Assembly: GCA_963751275.1 (NCBI GenBank)
Contig: CAVVTZ010000008.1
Location: 1-64,000 of the forward strand
Direction of reading: 5' to 3'
Source: an uncultured Gemmatimonadaceae bacterium
GTDB taxonomy: Bacteria; Gemmatimonadota; Gemmatimonadetes; Gemmatimonadales; Gemmatimonadaceae
Length of the DNA stretch: 64,000 nucleotides
Shown: positions 32,913-49,579 of the stretch, in pieces
Numbering within the stretch: the stretch's first letter is position 1
How the letters are laid out: every line of letters starts with the position of its first letter
Translations under genes and position numbers: made by a program
The notes under the pieces: generated by a model
Databases searched by the model: none
Seen by the model: the letters and a program-made list of their open reading frames with translations, nothing else
What the model was told of the DNA's origin: nothing

Positions 32913-33269
32913 ATGCGCCATCAGAAGGCAGGCCGTCAGCTCCGCCGCACCGGCGAACAGAAGCTCGCGCTCATGCGCGGGCTCGCGTCCGCGCTGATCG
33001 AGCACGGCGCGATCGAGACCACCGAGGCCAAGGCCAAGGAGCTCCGCCCGTTCGTCGAGAAGCTGATCACGAAGGCCAAGACGGGCACGCTCCACGCGCG
33101 CCGGCTCGCCGGCCGTCACGTGCAGCAGCGCGATCTGGGCGACAAGCTGTTCAAGGAACTCGGCCCGCGCTTCAAGACGCGCGCCGGCGGCTACACCCGC
33201 ATCCTGAAGATCGGTCACCGCAAGGGTGACGGCGCCGAAATGGCGCGCATCGAGCTGATCGAGGGCTGA
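32913..33269 (+). CDS. rplQ: 50S ribosomal protein L17
   Basis: MRHQK, IETTEAKAKELR, GGYTRILK and GDGAEMA. Confidence 0.97.
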   Translation: MRHQKAGRQLRRTGEQKLALMRGLASALIEHGAIETTEAKAKELRPFVEKLITKAKTGTLHARRLAGRHVQQRDLGDKLFKELGPRFKTRAGGYTRILKIGHRKGDGAEMARIELIEG

Positions 33270-33272
33270 CCC

Positions 33273-33485
33273 ATGCAGAGCAAGTGCTGCTACGTGTGCA
33301 AGAAGGGCGTGACCTTCGGGAACAACGTCTCGCACGCCAACAACCGGACGCGCCGGGTCTGGAAGCCGAATCTCCAGGTCGCGCGCATCGTCATCGACGG
33401 CAAGATCACGAAGGTCAAGGTCTGCACCCGCTGTCTCGCGGCCGGCAAGATCCAGCGCGCTCCGCGCGGGGTACCCGTCGCGTGA
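33273..33485 (+). CDS. rpmB: 50S ribosomal protein L28
   Basis: [26 protein letters not shown] and VCTRCL. Confidence 0.96.
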   Translation: MQSKCCYVCKKGVTFGNNVSHANNRTRRVWKPNLQVARIVIDGKITKVKVCTRCLAAGKIQRAPRGVPVA

Positions 33486-33512
33486 TGCACGGGGCGCCAA
33501 TAGCTTACTTTG

Positions 33513-33543
33513 ATAGGGAGCCGCAGTCAGGCTCCCTATTTTT
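33513..33543 (+). terminator. Intrinsic terminator of the ribosomal operon
   Basis: atagggagcc-gcagtca-ggctccctat followed by tttt. Confidence 0.85.
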
Positions 33544-33590
33544 CTGCCAGTGATCCGCTCCTCTCTTCGACACGCACCCCGGACGCTCCC

Positions 33591-34561
<971 letters not shown>

Positions 34562-34565
34562 CGCG

Positions 34566-35513
34566 ATGCGCCGCGCGCTCGTGACCGGCGCCGGCCGGCT
34601 TCGTCGGCCAGTGGCTCTGTCGCGAGCTGCTGCGGCAGGGCATCGACGTCACGGGTACGGCGCTCGGGGGCGACGTGCCCGCCGGCGCGCTCACCGCGGA
34701 CGAGAAGAAGGCCGTGAGTTGGCGCTCGTGCGACGTGACGCGCATGGACGATGTGCGCGCCGCGATCGAGGCGTCGAAGCCCGACGCGGTGTTCCACCTC
34801 GCGGGCGTGGCGTTCGTTCCGGCGGCCGACAAGGATCCGGGCGCGGCGGTGGATGTGAACGTCGGGGCCGCGGCGCGGCTGCTCGGCGACGTGCGGGCGC
34901 GCCACGCGCGCCGGCACGCTCGACCCCGTGGTCGTCATCGCGGGGAGCGGCGAGCAGTACGGGCGCCATGACTCGGCCGATGTGCCGCTGCGCGAGACGA
35001 CCAAGCAGCGCCCGCTCAGCGTGTACGCCGCGACCAAGGCGGCGCAGGAGGTGATCGCGCTCGAGGCGTACCGCAGCGCGGGAGTCCGGGTGATCGCGAC
35101 GCGGGCGTTCAATCACAGCGGACCGTGGCAGGCGCCGCAGTTCCTGCTGCCCGCGCTCGTCGCGCGGGCGGTGGCGGCGCAGCAGAGCGGCGCGAAGGTC
35201 GTGCCGATCGGCAACACGACGCCGGTACGCGACTTCCTCCACGTGGCCGACGTCGCGCGCGCGTACATCCTGCTCGCGCAGCGCGGCGCGCCGGGTGAGG
35301 CGTACAACATCGCGAGCGGGGTGGGCATCGACGTCGCCGCGCTCGCGCGCCTCGTGCTCGCGCGCGCCGGCGTGGACGCGATGCTGCAGCCCGATCCCGC
35401 GCTGCAGCGGCCGGTGGACGTGCCCGCGCTCGTCGGCGATGCGTCGAAGCTCCGCGCCGCCACCGGGTGGACCCCGGAGCGGCCGCTCGACACTCTCATC
35501 GACGAGTTGATCC

Positions 35514-35530
<17 letters not shown>
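34566..35530 (+). CDS. NAD-dependent sugar epimerase/reductase, Rmd-like (frameshifts)
   Basis: VTGAx[31 protein letters not shown] and RPVD motifs; directly after gmd. Confidence 0.75.
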
Positions 35531-38774
<3,244 letters not shown>

Positions 38775-38829
38775 CGCCTCGCGGTCCCCGACTCAGACTT
38801 CGCGCAACCGAACTCCAGCCACCACTACC

Positions 38830-39943
38830 ATGCCTGTTCCACTGCTCGATCTGAAGGCCCAGCACGCCACCATTCGGGACGAAGTCCTGAAGTCCGTGAT
38901 GCAGGTGGTGGACGACCAATTGTTCATCCTCGGCAAGCCGGTGGCGGCGCTGGAGAAGGCGACCGCCGAGCTGTCGCACACGAAGCACGCGATCGGCTGC
39001 GCGAGCGGCACCGACGCGCTGCTGCTGGCGATCAAGGCGCTGGACATCGGGCGGGGGGACGAGGTGATCACCACGCCCTTCACCTTCTTCGCCACCGCCG
39101 GAACGATCCACAACGCGGGGGCGACGCCCGTGTTCGCGGACATTCGAGCCCGACACGTTCAACCTGAACGTCGCGGCCGCGAAGGCGGCGATGACGTCGA
39201 AGACCAAGGCCGTGATGCCGGTGGACCTCTTCGGCCAGATCGCGCCGATCGAGCAGTATCTCGCGGCGATGCCGGGGTTGCCGCTCATCGAGGACGCGGC
39301 GCAGACCATTGGGGCGCGCCGGAAGATCGGCGGCCAGTGGACCATGGCGGGCGAGCGCGCGACGATCGGCACCTTCTCGTATTTCCCGTCCAAGAACCTC
39401 GGCGGCTACGGCGACGGTGGCATGATCGTGACGCAGGACGACGCGATCGCGGCGCGGCTGTTCAAGCTGCGGACGCACGGCGCGACCACCACGTACTATC
39501 ACGACGAGGTGGGGTTCAACAGCCGGCTCGATGCGCTGCAGGCCGCGGTGCTGCTCGCCAAGATGCCGCACTTGGCGGCGTGGAGCGCGGCGCGCCGCGA
39601 GCATGCGGCGTACTACAACGAGGCGTTCAAGGGGCACGCCGACATCCGCACGCCGGTGATCGATCCGAACAACGAGTCGATCTACAACCAGTACACCATC
39701 CGCGTGCCCCGCCGCGATGAACTGCAGGCGCATCTCAAGGCGAAGGGGATCGGCAACGCGGTGTACTATCCGCTGCCCCTGCACTTGCAGAAGTGTTTCG
39801 CCTATCTTGGCCTGAAGTCCGGGCGGTACCCGGAGTCCGAGCAGGCGGCGAAGGAGGTCCTGTCGCTGCCGGTGTATCCGGAGCTGACCCGTTCACAGCA
39901 GAACGAGACGATCGCGGCCGTGCGCGAATTCTACGGGCGCTGA
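38830..39943 (+). CDS. DegT/DnrJ/EryC1/StrS PLP-dependent sugar aminotransferase (frameshift near 39147)
   Basis: [27 protein letters not shown] and [10 protein letters not shown]. Confidence 0.92.
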
Positions 39944-40034
39944 CCGCGGTGACAACGGCTCTCTGGCGCGCGTCGATGGAGCGGATGCCAACCGCTCGCA
40001 GCGCGCCGGCCGGCCGGCTGAACGGAGCAGGGAC

Positions 40035-42002
40035 ATGAGCGAGACGCCGACACCAGTCGTCCCGATGCCTGCCGCAGATGACGCGCCCGAGCGGTCGTTC
40101 CCGCTGCTCGGGCTCGGTTTCCATGTGCGCCGCGCCCTGGTCGTCGCGCTGCAGCTGCTGCTCGTGGCCGTCAGCTACTGGACGGCGTTCGCGCTGCGCT
40201 TCGACTTCCGCATCCCGCCCGCCGACCTGCTCACCTTCTGGACGACGCTCGGCCCGCTGCTGCTCATGCGGCTGAGCGCCTTCGCCTACTACCAGCTGTA
40301 CAGCGGCTGGTGGCGCTATGTGGGCATGCGCGATCTGTACGCGCTGCTCAAGGCGGTGCTCTCGAGCAGCATCCTGTTCACCGCCGCGCTCGTGCTGCTC
40401 GGCCGGGCGCTGGCCTTCCCGCGGTCGGTGATCGCGATCGACGCGGTGCTCACGATGATGATGATCGGTGGCGCGCGTTTCACCCTGCGCGCCTTCCGTG
40501 AGAGCCGCCGGCCGCGCGGCGATGGCACGCGCAAGCGGCGCGTGCTGATCATCGGCGCGGGCGACGCCGGCGAGCTGCTGCTGCGTGAGATCCAGAACAA
40601 CCCGCGCCTCGGCTACGAGCCGGTCGGCTTCGTGGACGATGACCCGCGCAAGACCGGCTTCCAGATCCACGGCGTGGCGGTGATCGGCGCGACGGCGAAC
40701 CTCGCCGGCGTGCTGGCGGCGCATCCCGCCGACGAACTGATCATCGCGATCCCCTCGGCCTCGCGCGAGAAGATCCAGTCGATCGTCAACCGCTGCCTCG
40801 CGCTGCGCCTGCCGTTCAAGATCCTGCCGGCGATCGCGGCGCTTTCGGGTCGGGTGCTCGTGAGCCAGCTGCGGCCGGTGCGCGTGGAAGACCTGCTCGG
40901 CCGCGACCCGGTGGAGCTCGACTCGTCGGTCGTGCGCGCGGAGATCGTGGGGCGCCGCGTGCTCATCACCGGCGGCGGCGGGTCGATCGGCGCGGAACTC
41001 GCGCGCCAGGTCGCGACCTTCGAGCCGGCCGAGATCGCGCTGGTGGACCGCAGCGAGAACTCGCTCTATCTGATCGAACAGGAATTGCGGCGCAAGCATC
41101 CGAACCTGCTCGTGCGCGCGGTGCTGTGCGACGTGCGCGATGCCGCCGACATCGGCCGCTTCTTCCGCGAGGTGAAACCGGAGATGGTCTTCCATGCGGC
41201 GGCGTTCAAGCACGTGCCGATGATGGAGAACCACCTGCCGCACGCGGTGCACAACAACGTGTTCGGCACGCGGATCATCGCGTCGGCGGCCGCGGTGCAT
41301 GGCGCGAAGTTCGTGCTCGTGAGCACCGACAAGGCGGTGAGCCCGAGCAACGTGATGGGCGCCACCAAACGGCTCGGCGAGAAGATCGTGCTCTCGCTCA
41401 ACGCGGCCGGCGGCCAGCATTTCGTGGTGGTGCGCTTCGGGAACGTGCTGGGCAGCAACGGGTCCGTCGTGCCGCTCTTCGCGGAGCAGATAGCGGACGG
41501 CGGACCGGTGACCGTCACGCACCCCGATGCCACGCGCTATTTCATGACGATCCCCGAGGCGGTGAAGCTCGTGCTGCAGGCCTCCGCGCTCGACGAGGCG
41601 CGCGACAAGATCGTGATGCTCGAGATGGGCGAGCCGGTGCGCATCGTGGACCTCGCGCGGAATCTCATCCGTCTCTCGGGACTCGAGCCGGACGTGGACA
41701 TCCCGATCATCTTCACGGGGCTGCGTCCCGGCGAGAAGCTGCACGAGCAGCTGACCGACGAGACCGAGGCGACGCTGCCGACGCGGTACAAGAAGATCCG
41801 CATCGTGCAGACCGACGCGCCGGTGCCGCTCGAGGAGGGACTCGCGGAACTCTGGGATGCGCTGGATGCGCGCGACGACCGCCGGCTTCTGCGCACGCTG
41901 CAGCAGCTGGTGCCGGAGTACCTGCCGCAGTCGGCCCTTCTGGCCAGTGTGCGCGACCGGGTGAGCGGGGAAGTACGGGTTCAGAACCGAGGTGCCAGGT
42001 GA
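40035..42002 (+). CDS. Membrane-bound nucleotide-sugar 4,6-dehydratase (CapD/PglF/WbpM family)
   Basis: N-terminal TM segments, IIGAGDAG, TGGGGSIGAEL, HAAAFKHVP, STDKAV, MGATK, RFGNVLGS and GLRPGEKLHE. Confidence 0.93.
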   Translation: MSETPTPVVPMPAADDAPERSFPLLGLGFHVRRALVVALQLLLVAVSYWTAFALRFDFRIPPADLLTFWTTLGPLLLMRLSAFAYYQLYSGWWRYVGMRDLYALLKAVLSSSILFTAALVLLGRALAFPRSVIAIDAVLTMMMIGGARFTLRAFRESRRPRGDGTRKRRVLIIGAGDAGELLLREIQNNPRLGYEPVGFVDDDPRKTGFQIHGVAVIGATANLAGVLAAHPADELIIAIPSASREKIQSIVNRCLALRLPFKILPAIAALSGRVLVSQLRPVRVEDLLGRDPVELDSSVVRAEIVGRRVLITGGGGSIGAELARQVATFEPAEIALVDRSENSLYLIEQELRRKHPNLLVRAVLCDVRDAADIGRFFREVKPEMVFHAAAFKHVPMMENHLPHAVHNNVFGTRIIASAAAVHGAKFVLVSTDKAVSPSNVMGATKRLGEKIVLSLNAAGGQHFVVVRFGNVLGSNGSVVPLFAEQIADGGPVTVTHPDATRYFMTIPEAVKLVLQASALDEARDKIVMLEMGEPVRIVDLARNLIRLSGLEPDVDIPIIFTGLRPGEKLHEQLTDETEATLPTRYKKIRIVQTDAPVPLEEGLAELWDALDARDDRRLLRTLQQLVPEYLPQSALLASVRDRVSGEVRVQNRGAR

Positions 42003-43615
42003 AGGCTTCGCGAAGGTCAGGGGCGCGTCTCGCGTATGGCGTCTGGATACTGCTGCTCGGCGGCGTGAGCGCCGCCGCGGCGCAGCATCCGCTCGTTTCC
42101 ATCCCTCTCGATGATCCGATGTACGTGCAGCTCGACGCACTCATGCGGCAGGGGTGCGTCGCGGCGCGGATCTCACCCTATCGCCCCTACATCACGCTCG
42201 CGGTACGGCAGGCGCTCATCGCGGCGCACGACGAGAAGAATTGCCAGGGACCGCTCCTCGAGCTGCTCACCGCGCGCTTCACGCGCGATACCGGCTGGGT
42301 GCATGACACCGCGGGGAGCCGCCTGCGTTTCGGGTCCGTCCTTTCATTGCGGGGGACGGGTGAGTCCAACGGCACCGTCGCGCCGCTCTGGCGCGATGTG
42401 CGGTCCACCGATTCGGGGCCCCAGCCGCTCGTGGGCTACGCGGCGGCGCGCCTCACGTTCAACGGCGGCGAGCATTTCGTCGCCGTGTCGGAGCTGTTCG
42501 CGCAGACGGGTGTGCGCGATGATCCCACGATCCGGCAGGAGAGCTTCCGGCATGGGTCCGGCGTCGTCGGCTCCGACGAAGCGTACTTCACCGCGCGCGC
42601 CGGCCCCGCGTTCTTCTTCTTCGGCCGCGAGCCGGTGGCCTGGACGGGCGACGGCACGCAGTCGCTCGCGCTGAGCGCGGCGGGCCCGCCGATCGACCAC
42701 TTCGGGTTCGCGCTGCGATTGCGGCAGTGGGAATTCATGAGCTTCGTGGGCCAGCTGAGCGACGTGAGCCTCGATCCGGCCACCGACAGCGTGCCCACGT
42801 CCGAGCACTGGTATCGCACCCTCTACGCCCACGCGATCACCTTCTGGCCGGTGCGCAGCGTGGAGCTCAGCCTCGGCGAGACGGCGCTCGTCCCGCGCAC
42901 TACCGGCGGCCTCGACTGGGCGTACCTCAATCCCATCATGCCGTACCAGACCACGCAGCACGAGACCAACCAGTCCGGCAACGGTGACGCGAATCTCACG
43001 GGCTTCTTCTCGGCGCGCGCGACGCTTGGCAAAGCCTCGCTCTCGGGTGAATTGCTGATCGACGACTATCAGATCGACTCGAACGACAAGTTGATCTACC
43101 CGAACCAGCTCGCGTGGACCCTCGGCGCCAGCTACCCGATCGCGCTCGCGATGGCGTCGAGTCTCTCGATCAATTGGCAGCTCGTGCAGAGCTTCACGTA
43201 CGTGGGGCAGGAACGCTACTCGAAGGTCTATCAGAACTTCGACGCGCCGATCGGGTCGAACCTGGGGCCCGACGCGCAGACGGTGCTTGGGACCTTCGAG
43301 GTGTGGACATCGCCGCGCCTGCGCTTCGGCGCCACCGGCGGCTGGTGGGAGCGCGGCTCGCAGCGGCTGGACCAGCGTCCGCCGATCAATCGCACGGGAC
43401 ACGCGGGCGATCCGTATCCCGACACGACCGCGCTGCGCCCCAAGGTACAGTCGTCGATCATCGGCGGCTTGAGCGCGGCGTGGCTCGACGAGCGGTTCCC
43501 GATCACCCTCGAGGTGGGTGATTCGCGGATCTCGAACGTGAACAACCAGCCGACGGATGCGAAGGACTATCTGTTGGTGAAGCTCACGGCGAGTTGGCGG
43601 TACCAGTACCCGTAG
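41999..43615 (+). CDS. Outer-membrane beta-barrel protein, Wzi/capsule-assembly-like
   Basis: 3' part of ORF 41126..43615; signal peptide, amphipathic strands, ELSLGET, YLNP, GELLIDD and PIGSNLGPD; aromatic C-terminus. Confidence 0.65.
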   Translation: MKASRRSGARLAYGVWILLLGGVSAAAAQHPLVSIPLDDPMYVQLDALMRQGCVAARISPYRPYITLAVRQALIAAHDEKNCQGPLLELLTARFTRDTGWVHDTAGSRLRFGSVLSLRGTGESNGTVAPLWRDVRSTDSGPQPLVGYAAARLTFNGGEHFVAVSELFAQTGVRDDPTIRQESFRHGSGVVGSDEAYFTARAGPAFFFFGREPVAWTGDGTQSLALSAAGPPIDHFGFALRLRQWEFMSFVGQLSDVSLDPATDSVPTSEHWYRTLYAHAITFWPVRSVELSLGETALVPRTTGGLDWAYLNPIMPYQTTQHETNQSGNGDANLTGFFSARATLGKASLSGELLIDDYQIDSNDKLIYPNQLAWTLGASYPIALAMASSLSINWQLVQSFTYVGQERYSKVYQNFDAPIGSNLGPDAQTVLGTFEVWTSPRLRFGATGGWWERGSQRLDQRPPINRTGHAGDPYPDTTALRPKVQSSIIGGLSAAWLDERFPITLEVGDSRISNVNNQPTDAKDYLLVKLTASWRYQYP

Positions 43616-45685
43616 GCGGAGCGGGGTAGGGCAGGAGGATCCCGCCACCGGGGGAATCGACGCGGCGGAACAGATACCAGGTCCGGTCGCCGAACCGCGC
43701 GCGCAATCGCTCGTTGAGCGCGGCGCCCAGATCACGGGCGTAGATGATGTCCCCGCGCACGAGTCCCCGAGCGTCGAACTCGAAGAGCGGCAGGAACGCC
43801 TCGAACGCGGTGCTGTGCACGGAGTCCGACTGGAATTCGCTGGCGCACACCGGCGGCAGCGAATCCGTCCGGCGCAGCCGGGCGAATCCCGTGGGCGTCG
43901 CGATGCGCGGAGCCCCTTCCGCGGCGTTCGTCGCCCCGACGATGCGCGCCAGACGGGTCTCGGCGCTCCCGCCGAGGCTGTCTTCCCGGTCCAGCGCGAG
44001 CTGCAGATCGCACGCATCGGCGAAACCCTCTATCTGCTCCGAATTCAGGCGCCCGAGCTCGAGGGCCTCCAGGCGCGCGAAGAGCCGGCCGGTCCAGCTC
44101 ACCGGGACGAAGACGAGCGCATGATGGGCGCCGGCGATGCGGACGACCTCATCGGGGCTGGTCCGCGCATTCTCCGGTGTCGCGCGCTGCCGGACGATGC
44201 TGGCCAGCAGTGAGAAGCGCGCGCCTGGGACGAACCACGCGTACGCGAGACACAGCGGGAGCACGAGGACCATCGCCCGGGCCGTCGTACCGCCTACGCG
44301 CGCGGCAACGAGCGCCGGTGCGCGCGCGACGAGCAGCACGAAGAGCGGCATCACGCCGTACAGGAAGCGCGGCCCGAACATCTCACCATCGAACCAGTAC
44401 GCGGCGTATCCCGCGCAGAAGACGACGATCGATCGCGTAGACCAGCGCATCCCAGCGGGTGACGCGCCGGAGCGCGAGCAGTCCCGCCGCGATGAGCAAG
44501 AGCGCCGGGATCGGTCCGTATAACAGAGCCCGATTCATGAGCAGCAAGTAGGACGAAGCGAGCATGAGACCGCGGAGCGGCGTGTGTTCCACGCCATGGG
44601 GCGAAACATGGAAGCCCGGGTCATGTTCGGACCCGTTGATCGCCTGGTATCCGAACTCGAGCGGATGACCGGTGATGTTCACGTTGACCGCGAACACGAT
44701 CGCCAACGGCACGAGCCCGGCAAGCAACTGGACCACGAGCGACCGCGGCCGCCACGTCGCCCCGCGGAGTGCCGTCAGTTGGAAGGCGCCGATGACGATC
44801 GCCGAGAGCGCGGCATCATACGGCCGCACGGCGACATTCGCGGCGACCGAGAAGCCGATGATCGCGGCGCTCGTGTAGGCCGCGGGTCGCGTCTCGGCGG
44901 TGGTCCAGGTGGCGAGCGCCGCAAGCGCGATCATGATCAGCATCATCGACTCATTGTGCGTCATGCGCGTCGCGCCCATCATGATCAGGAATCCGGCCAG
45001 GCACAGCACGACCGTCGTGCCGCGAGCGACGCGCTCCCCATAGGCGCTCCGGGCGAACCGGTAGAACGCGAATACCGCGACCCCCGACGAGATCGGACCG
45101 ACGAGCCACTGCGCGCCGATCCGGTCCGTGATCGCCATGGCCGTGATAGCGCCGACCGGATTCGCCGTGAACCAGCGGTCGCCGAACGCGCCGACCGTCG
45201 GAGCGAAGAATGCGGGGTCCGGATCGCGCGGCACCCACAGCCGTCCGGCCAGCATCATACGGCCGTTCCACATCGCGTAGGCCTGCATCCATCGAGAGCC
45301 AGTGGCGGCGGAACGAGAACCAGGCGTTCGCCGCGGTGAGCAGTGCCGCCAAGGTGGCGCACGCGAGCGCGAACGTCGCGGGCGTCGGTGAGAGCACCGC
45401 GGCGGTGCTCGCGCTCCACCAGCGGTCGAGGCGTGGGCCGAGGAGGGCCGCCAGACCGTAGGCGAGCGCGAGCGTGATCGCGGTGAGGATCGACCAATGT
45501 ACCGCCGCGCCGTTCCACCATGGGTCGGGCGTCTGATCGGTCAGCAGATTCGAGAGCGGGATCAATCCGAGCGCGGCGAGGAACGCCGCGAACACGCGCG
45601 CGGGCCAGGTCAATGGCGCGCGCTCCGAGGGTGGTTCCCTTCGCGTCGCGCGGCTTGACCCCGTCGTCGAGCGCCCTCGCTTCAT
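43584..45685 (-). CDS. Polytopic membrane glycosyltransferase, GT-C (ArnT/PMT)-like; two frameshifts
   Basis: Joined ORFs 44951..46051 (from MKRGRS), 44383..45288 and 43584..44450; many TM helices, SMD(x)AY loop, VRPYD and FGPRFLY. Confidence 0.65.
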
Positions 45686-45819
45686 GCGGACCCCTCGAAT
45701 GGAACGGACAGCGCTCGTTTGATCGGCGGAAGATGCCGGGCAAGGCTCGTGACGGCAAGGCGACGAGGCGCCACGAGTGGAACCGCAACGCGATGGGCTC
45801 GCCGCTCGTCCTCTCAGGC

Positions 45820-47190
45820 ATGCAGACCACATCGACCTCTTTCCGCCAGCGCAGCGTCGCCAACTCCCCCGCGAGTGCATGGCGGTTCGTACTGTGCGCC
45901 CTGCCGTTCGCGCTCGCGTGTGCGAAACACGATACCGCGCAGTCCCCCGCTGACTCGTCCCGCCCCGCATCCACGCCCGCGAGGAGTGCGCTCCATTGCC
46001 CGCCGCCCGCCGTCGCGCTGCTGCACACGCTGGCCGGCTATACGCCGCCACCCGATCAAAGCGCCTATTCCGCGACCGAGCGCCCCCTGCCGCGCGAGTG
46101 GGGCGCGATTGCGCTCGGCATGACGGGCGGTGAGTTCACGACGCTCACGGGCGTACCGCCGCAGCCGTGCAAGGATGTGGACTGCGCGCGCCACCATCTC
46201 GGTCCCCACTCCTCGAGCGCGCTCTTCACGGTCGAAGCCGGCGCGTCGGGCCCGGCGTACCGTCCCCTCGCGAGCGACTCCGCGCCGAACTGCGCCGTCG
46301 AGCTGCTCGCCGCGTTCTTCCGTGATACGCTGGTCACGATCGAGGAGATTCGCCGCGCGCCCTGGGCGCGCGATTCGCTGATCGAGAAGTACACAGTGCT
46401 CTTCGGCGCGCCGGCAGTGACCGACAGCGACAGCACGTCGCGCACGGAATCGTGGAGCCGCGATCCCACCGTCGTGCGGCTCCGGCTGGCCTCCGCGCCG
46501 CTCGCACCGGCCGCGAAGGGCGCACCCGCGCCAGGCGCGATCCTCTCGGTCACGCTCAACGATCCCGGGCCGCAGCAGGCGGACTACATGCAGGCGGTGA
46601 ATGCGTCGATCCGCCGCGCCGATTCGATCGTGCACGCCGATTCCATTCCGCCGTCGCCCACCTGGCCGCTGCCCCGCGGCTGGGCGTCGATCACGCTCGG
46701 CATGACTGAGAGTGCCTTCGCGCTTGCCGTCGGCGCCGACCCCAAGGACTGCAGCAAGGAGGACTGGTGCCCCGACGGCGGGACGTCCTCGTACGTCCTG
46801 GTCGACAGCACCGCCGGGATGATCATCTTCCGCGAGCCGTCCAAGACGGAGAATAGCACCGCGAACCGGTCGCTCGCCGCGCAGTTCTTCGGGCGCCGCC
46901 TCTACATGCTCGTGCTGCGGACACGCTACGCGGCGGCGGTGCAGGGCGCGCCGAGTCCGTACGACTCGCTGCGCCGGCAGGCACTGAAAGACTACGGGCC
47001 GCCGAGCGATGTGCTGAACGCGGCGGATGCGTCGTTCGTCTCGTGGAACAAGGGCCCCGGTCAGTACTGGATCCGGCGCACCCGATCGCCGGATACCGAC
47101 GAGGTCACGGTGGGGTGGCTGGACTGCCGGTTGGCGGGTCCGCCGGACGGCAGGTGTCCACGTTTCTCGGGGAAGACCAACACGCCCTGA
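45820..47190 (+). CDS. Hypothetical lipoprotein with two tandem ~194-aa repeats (start uncertain)
   Basis: FALAC lipobox; PLPREWGAIALGMT and PLPRGWASITLGMT repeats. Confidence 0.6.
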   Translation: MQTTSTSFRQRSVANSPASAWRFVLCALPFALACAKHDTAQSPADSSRPASTPARSALHCPPPAVALLHTLAGYTPPPDQSAYSATERPLPREWGAIALGMTGGEFTTLTGVPPQPCKDVDCARHHLGPHSSSALFTVEAGASGPAYRPLASDSAPNCAVELLAAFFRDTLVTIEEIRRAPWARDSLIEKYTVLFGAPAVTDSDSTSRTESWSRDPTVVRLRLASAPLAPAAKGAPAPGAILSVTLNDPGPQQADYMQAVNASIRRADSIVHADSIPPSPTWPLPRGWASITLGMTESAFALAVGADPKDCSKEDWCPDGGTSSYVLVDSTAGMIIFREPSKTENSTANRSLAAQFFGRRLYMLVLRTRYAAAVQGAPSPYDSLRRQALKDYGPPSDVLNAADASFVSWNKGPGQYWIRRTRSPDTDEVTVGWLDCRLAGPPDGRCPRFSGKTNTP

Positions 47191-47327
47191 GAACTGCGGG
47201 GGCGTTTGTAGCAACTGAGCGTGTGGTCCAGCGTGCGGGCGCCGGTGCCATTGCCCACCCCCATCCGGCCCGATAACTTCAATAGCTGTAACTATTTTCG
47301 ACTTCCTGCCCGGGTGCATTTCGACGC

Positions 47328-48625
47328 GTGCGAATATCGGTCGTGGGTACGGGCTACGTCGGCCTCGTGGTCGGCGCATGCCTGGCGGAGACGGGGAACG
47401 ATGTGGTGTGCGCGGACGTCGATCGCGGCAAGATCGACGGCCTCACGCGCAACATCCTCCCCATCTATGAACCGGGCCTCGATGCGCTCGTCGAACGCAA
47501 TCAGGCGCAGCACCGGCTGAGCTTCACGACCGACGTGCCCGCGTCGATCGCGGGCGCCGAGGTCGTTTTCATCGCAGTGGGCACGCCGCCGGACGAGGAT
47601 GGCTCGGCCGATCTCCGCCACGTGCTCGATGTCGCCGAGGTGGTCGGCAAGCACATGACGCGCGAGATGGTGGTGGTCACCAAGAGCACCGTGCCGGTGG
47701 GCACCGCCGCGAAGGTGCGCGCCGCCGTCGCGAAGAGCGCGAAGTTCGCCTTCCACGTCTGCAGCAATCCCGAGTTCCTGAAGGAAGGCGCCGCCGTCGA
47801 GGATTTCCTCAAGCCCGACCGCGTCGTCCTCGGCGTGGACAGCGAGCAGGCCCGCACGGTGATGGCGGAGCTCTACTCGCCCTTCGTGCGCACCGGGAAG
47901 CCGGTGATCTTCATGGACATCGCGAGCGCGGAGATGACCAAGTACGCCGCGAACGGCATGCTCGCCACACGCATCTCCTTCATGAACGAGATCGCGAACC
48001 TGTGCGAGGCGGTGGGCGCGAACATCGACGCGGTGCGCAAGGGGATCGGCAGCGATGCGCGCATCGGGCCGTCCTTCCTCTTCCCGGGGCCCGGCTACGG
48101 CGGCTCCTGCTTCCCGAAGGATGTGCAGGCGCTGCTGCGCACCGCGCACGCGGCGCATGTGCCGCTCGACGTGGTCGAGGCGGTCGAGAAGACGAACGAG
48201 CGGCAGAAGCACCGGATCTTCGAGAAGCTCTCGAAGGCGCTCGGCTCCATGAAGGGGACGCGGATCGCGGTGTGGGGGCTCGCCTTCAAGCCGCAGACCG
48301 ATGACCTTCGCGAATCGCCCGCGCTCACGCTCATCGAGGAACTGCGCGCCGCCGGTGCCTCGGTGACGGCGCACGATCCCGTCGCGATGCCCGAGGCGAA
48401 GAAGAAGCTCGGCAGCGCGATCGCCTTCGCCGAGACGGGCTACGATGCGCTCACGGGCGCGGACGCCCTCGCGATCGTCACCGATTGGAACGAGTACCGG
48501 CACCCCGACTTCGCGCGCATGAAGGCGGCGCTCAAGCGTCCGCTCATCGTGGACGGCCGCAACCTCTACGACCCCGCGCGCATGAAGGAGAACGGCTTCA
48601 CCTATCTCTCGATCGGGCGCGGCGC

Positions 48626-48629
<4 letters not shown>
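47328..48629 (+). CDS. ugd: UDP-glucose 6-dehydrogenase
   Basis: [33 protein letters not shown] and [13 protein letters not shown]. Confidence 0.95.
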
Positions 48630-49571
<942 letters not shown>

Positions 49572-49579
<8 letters not shown>

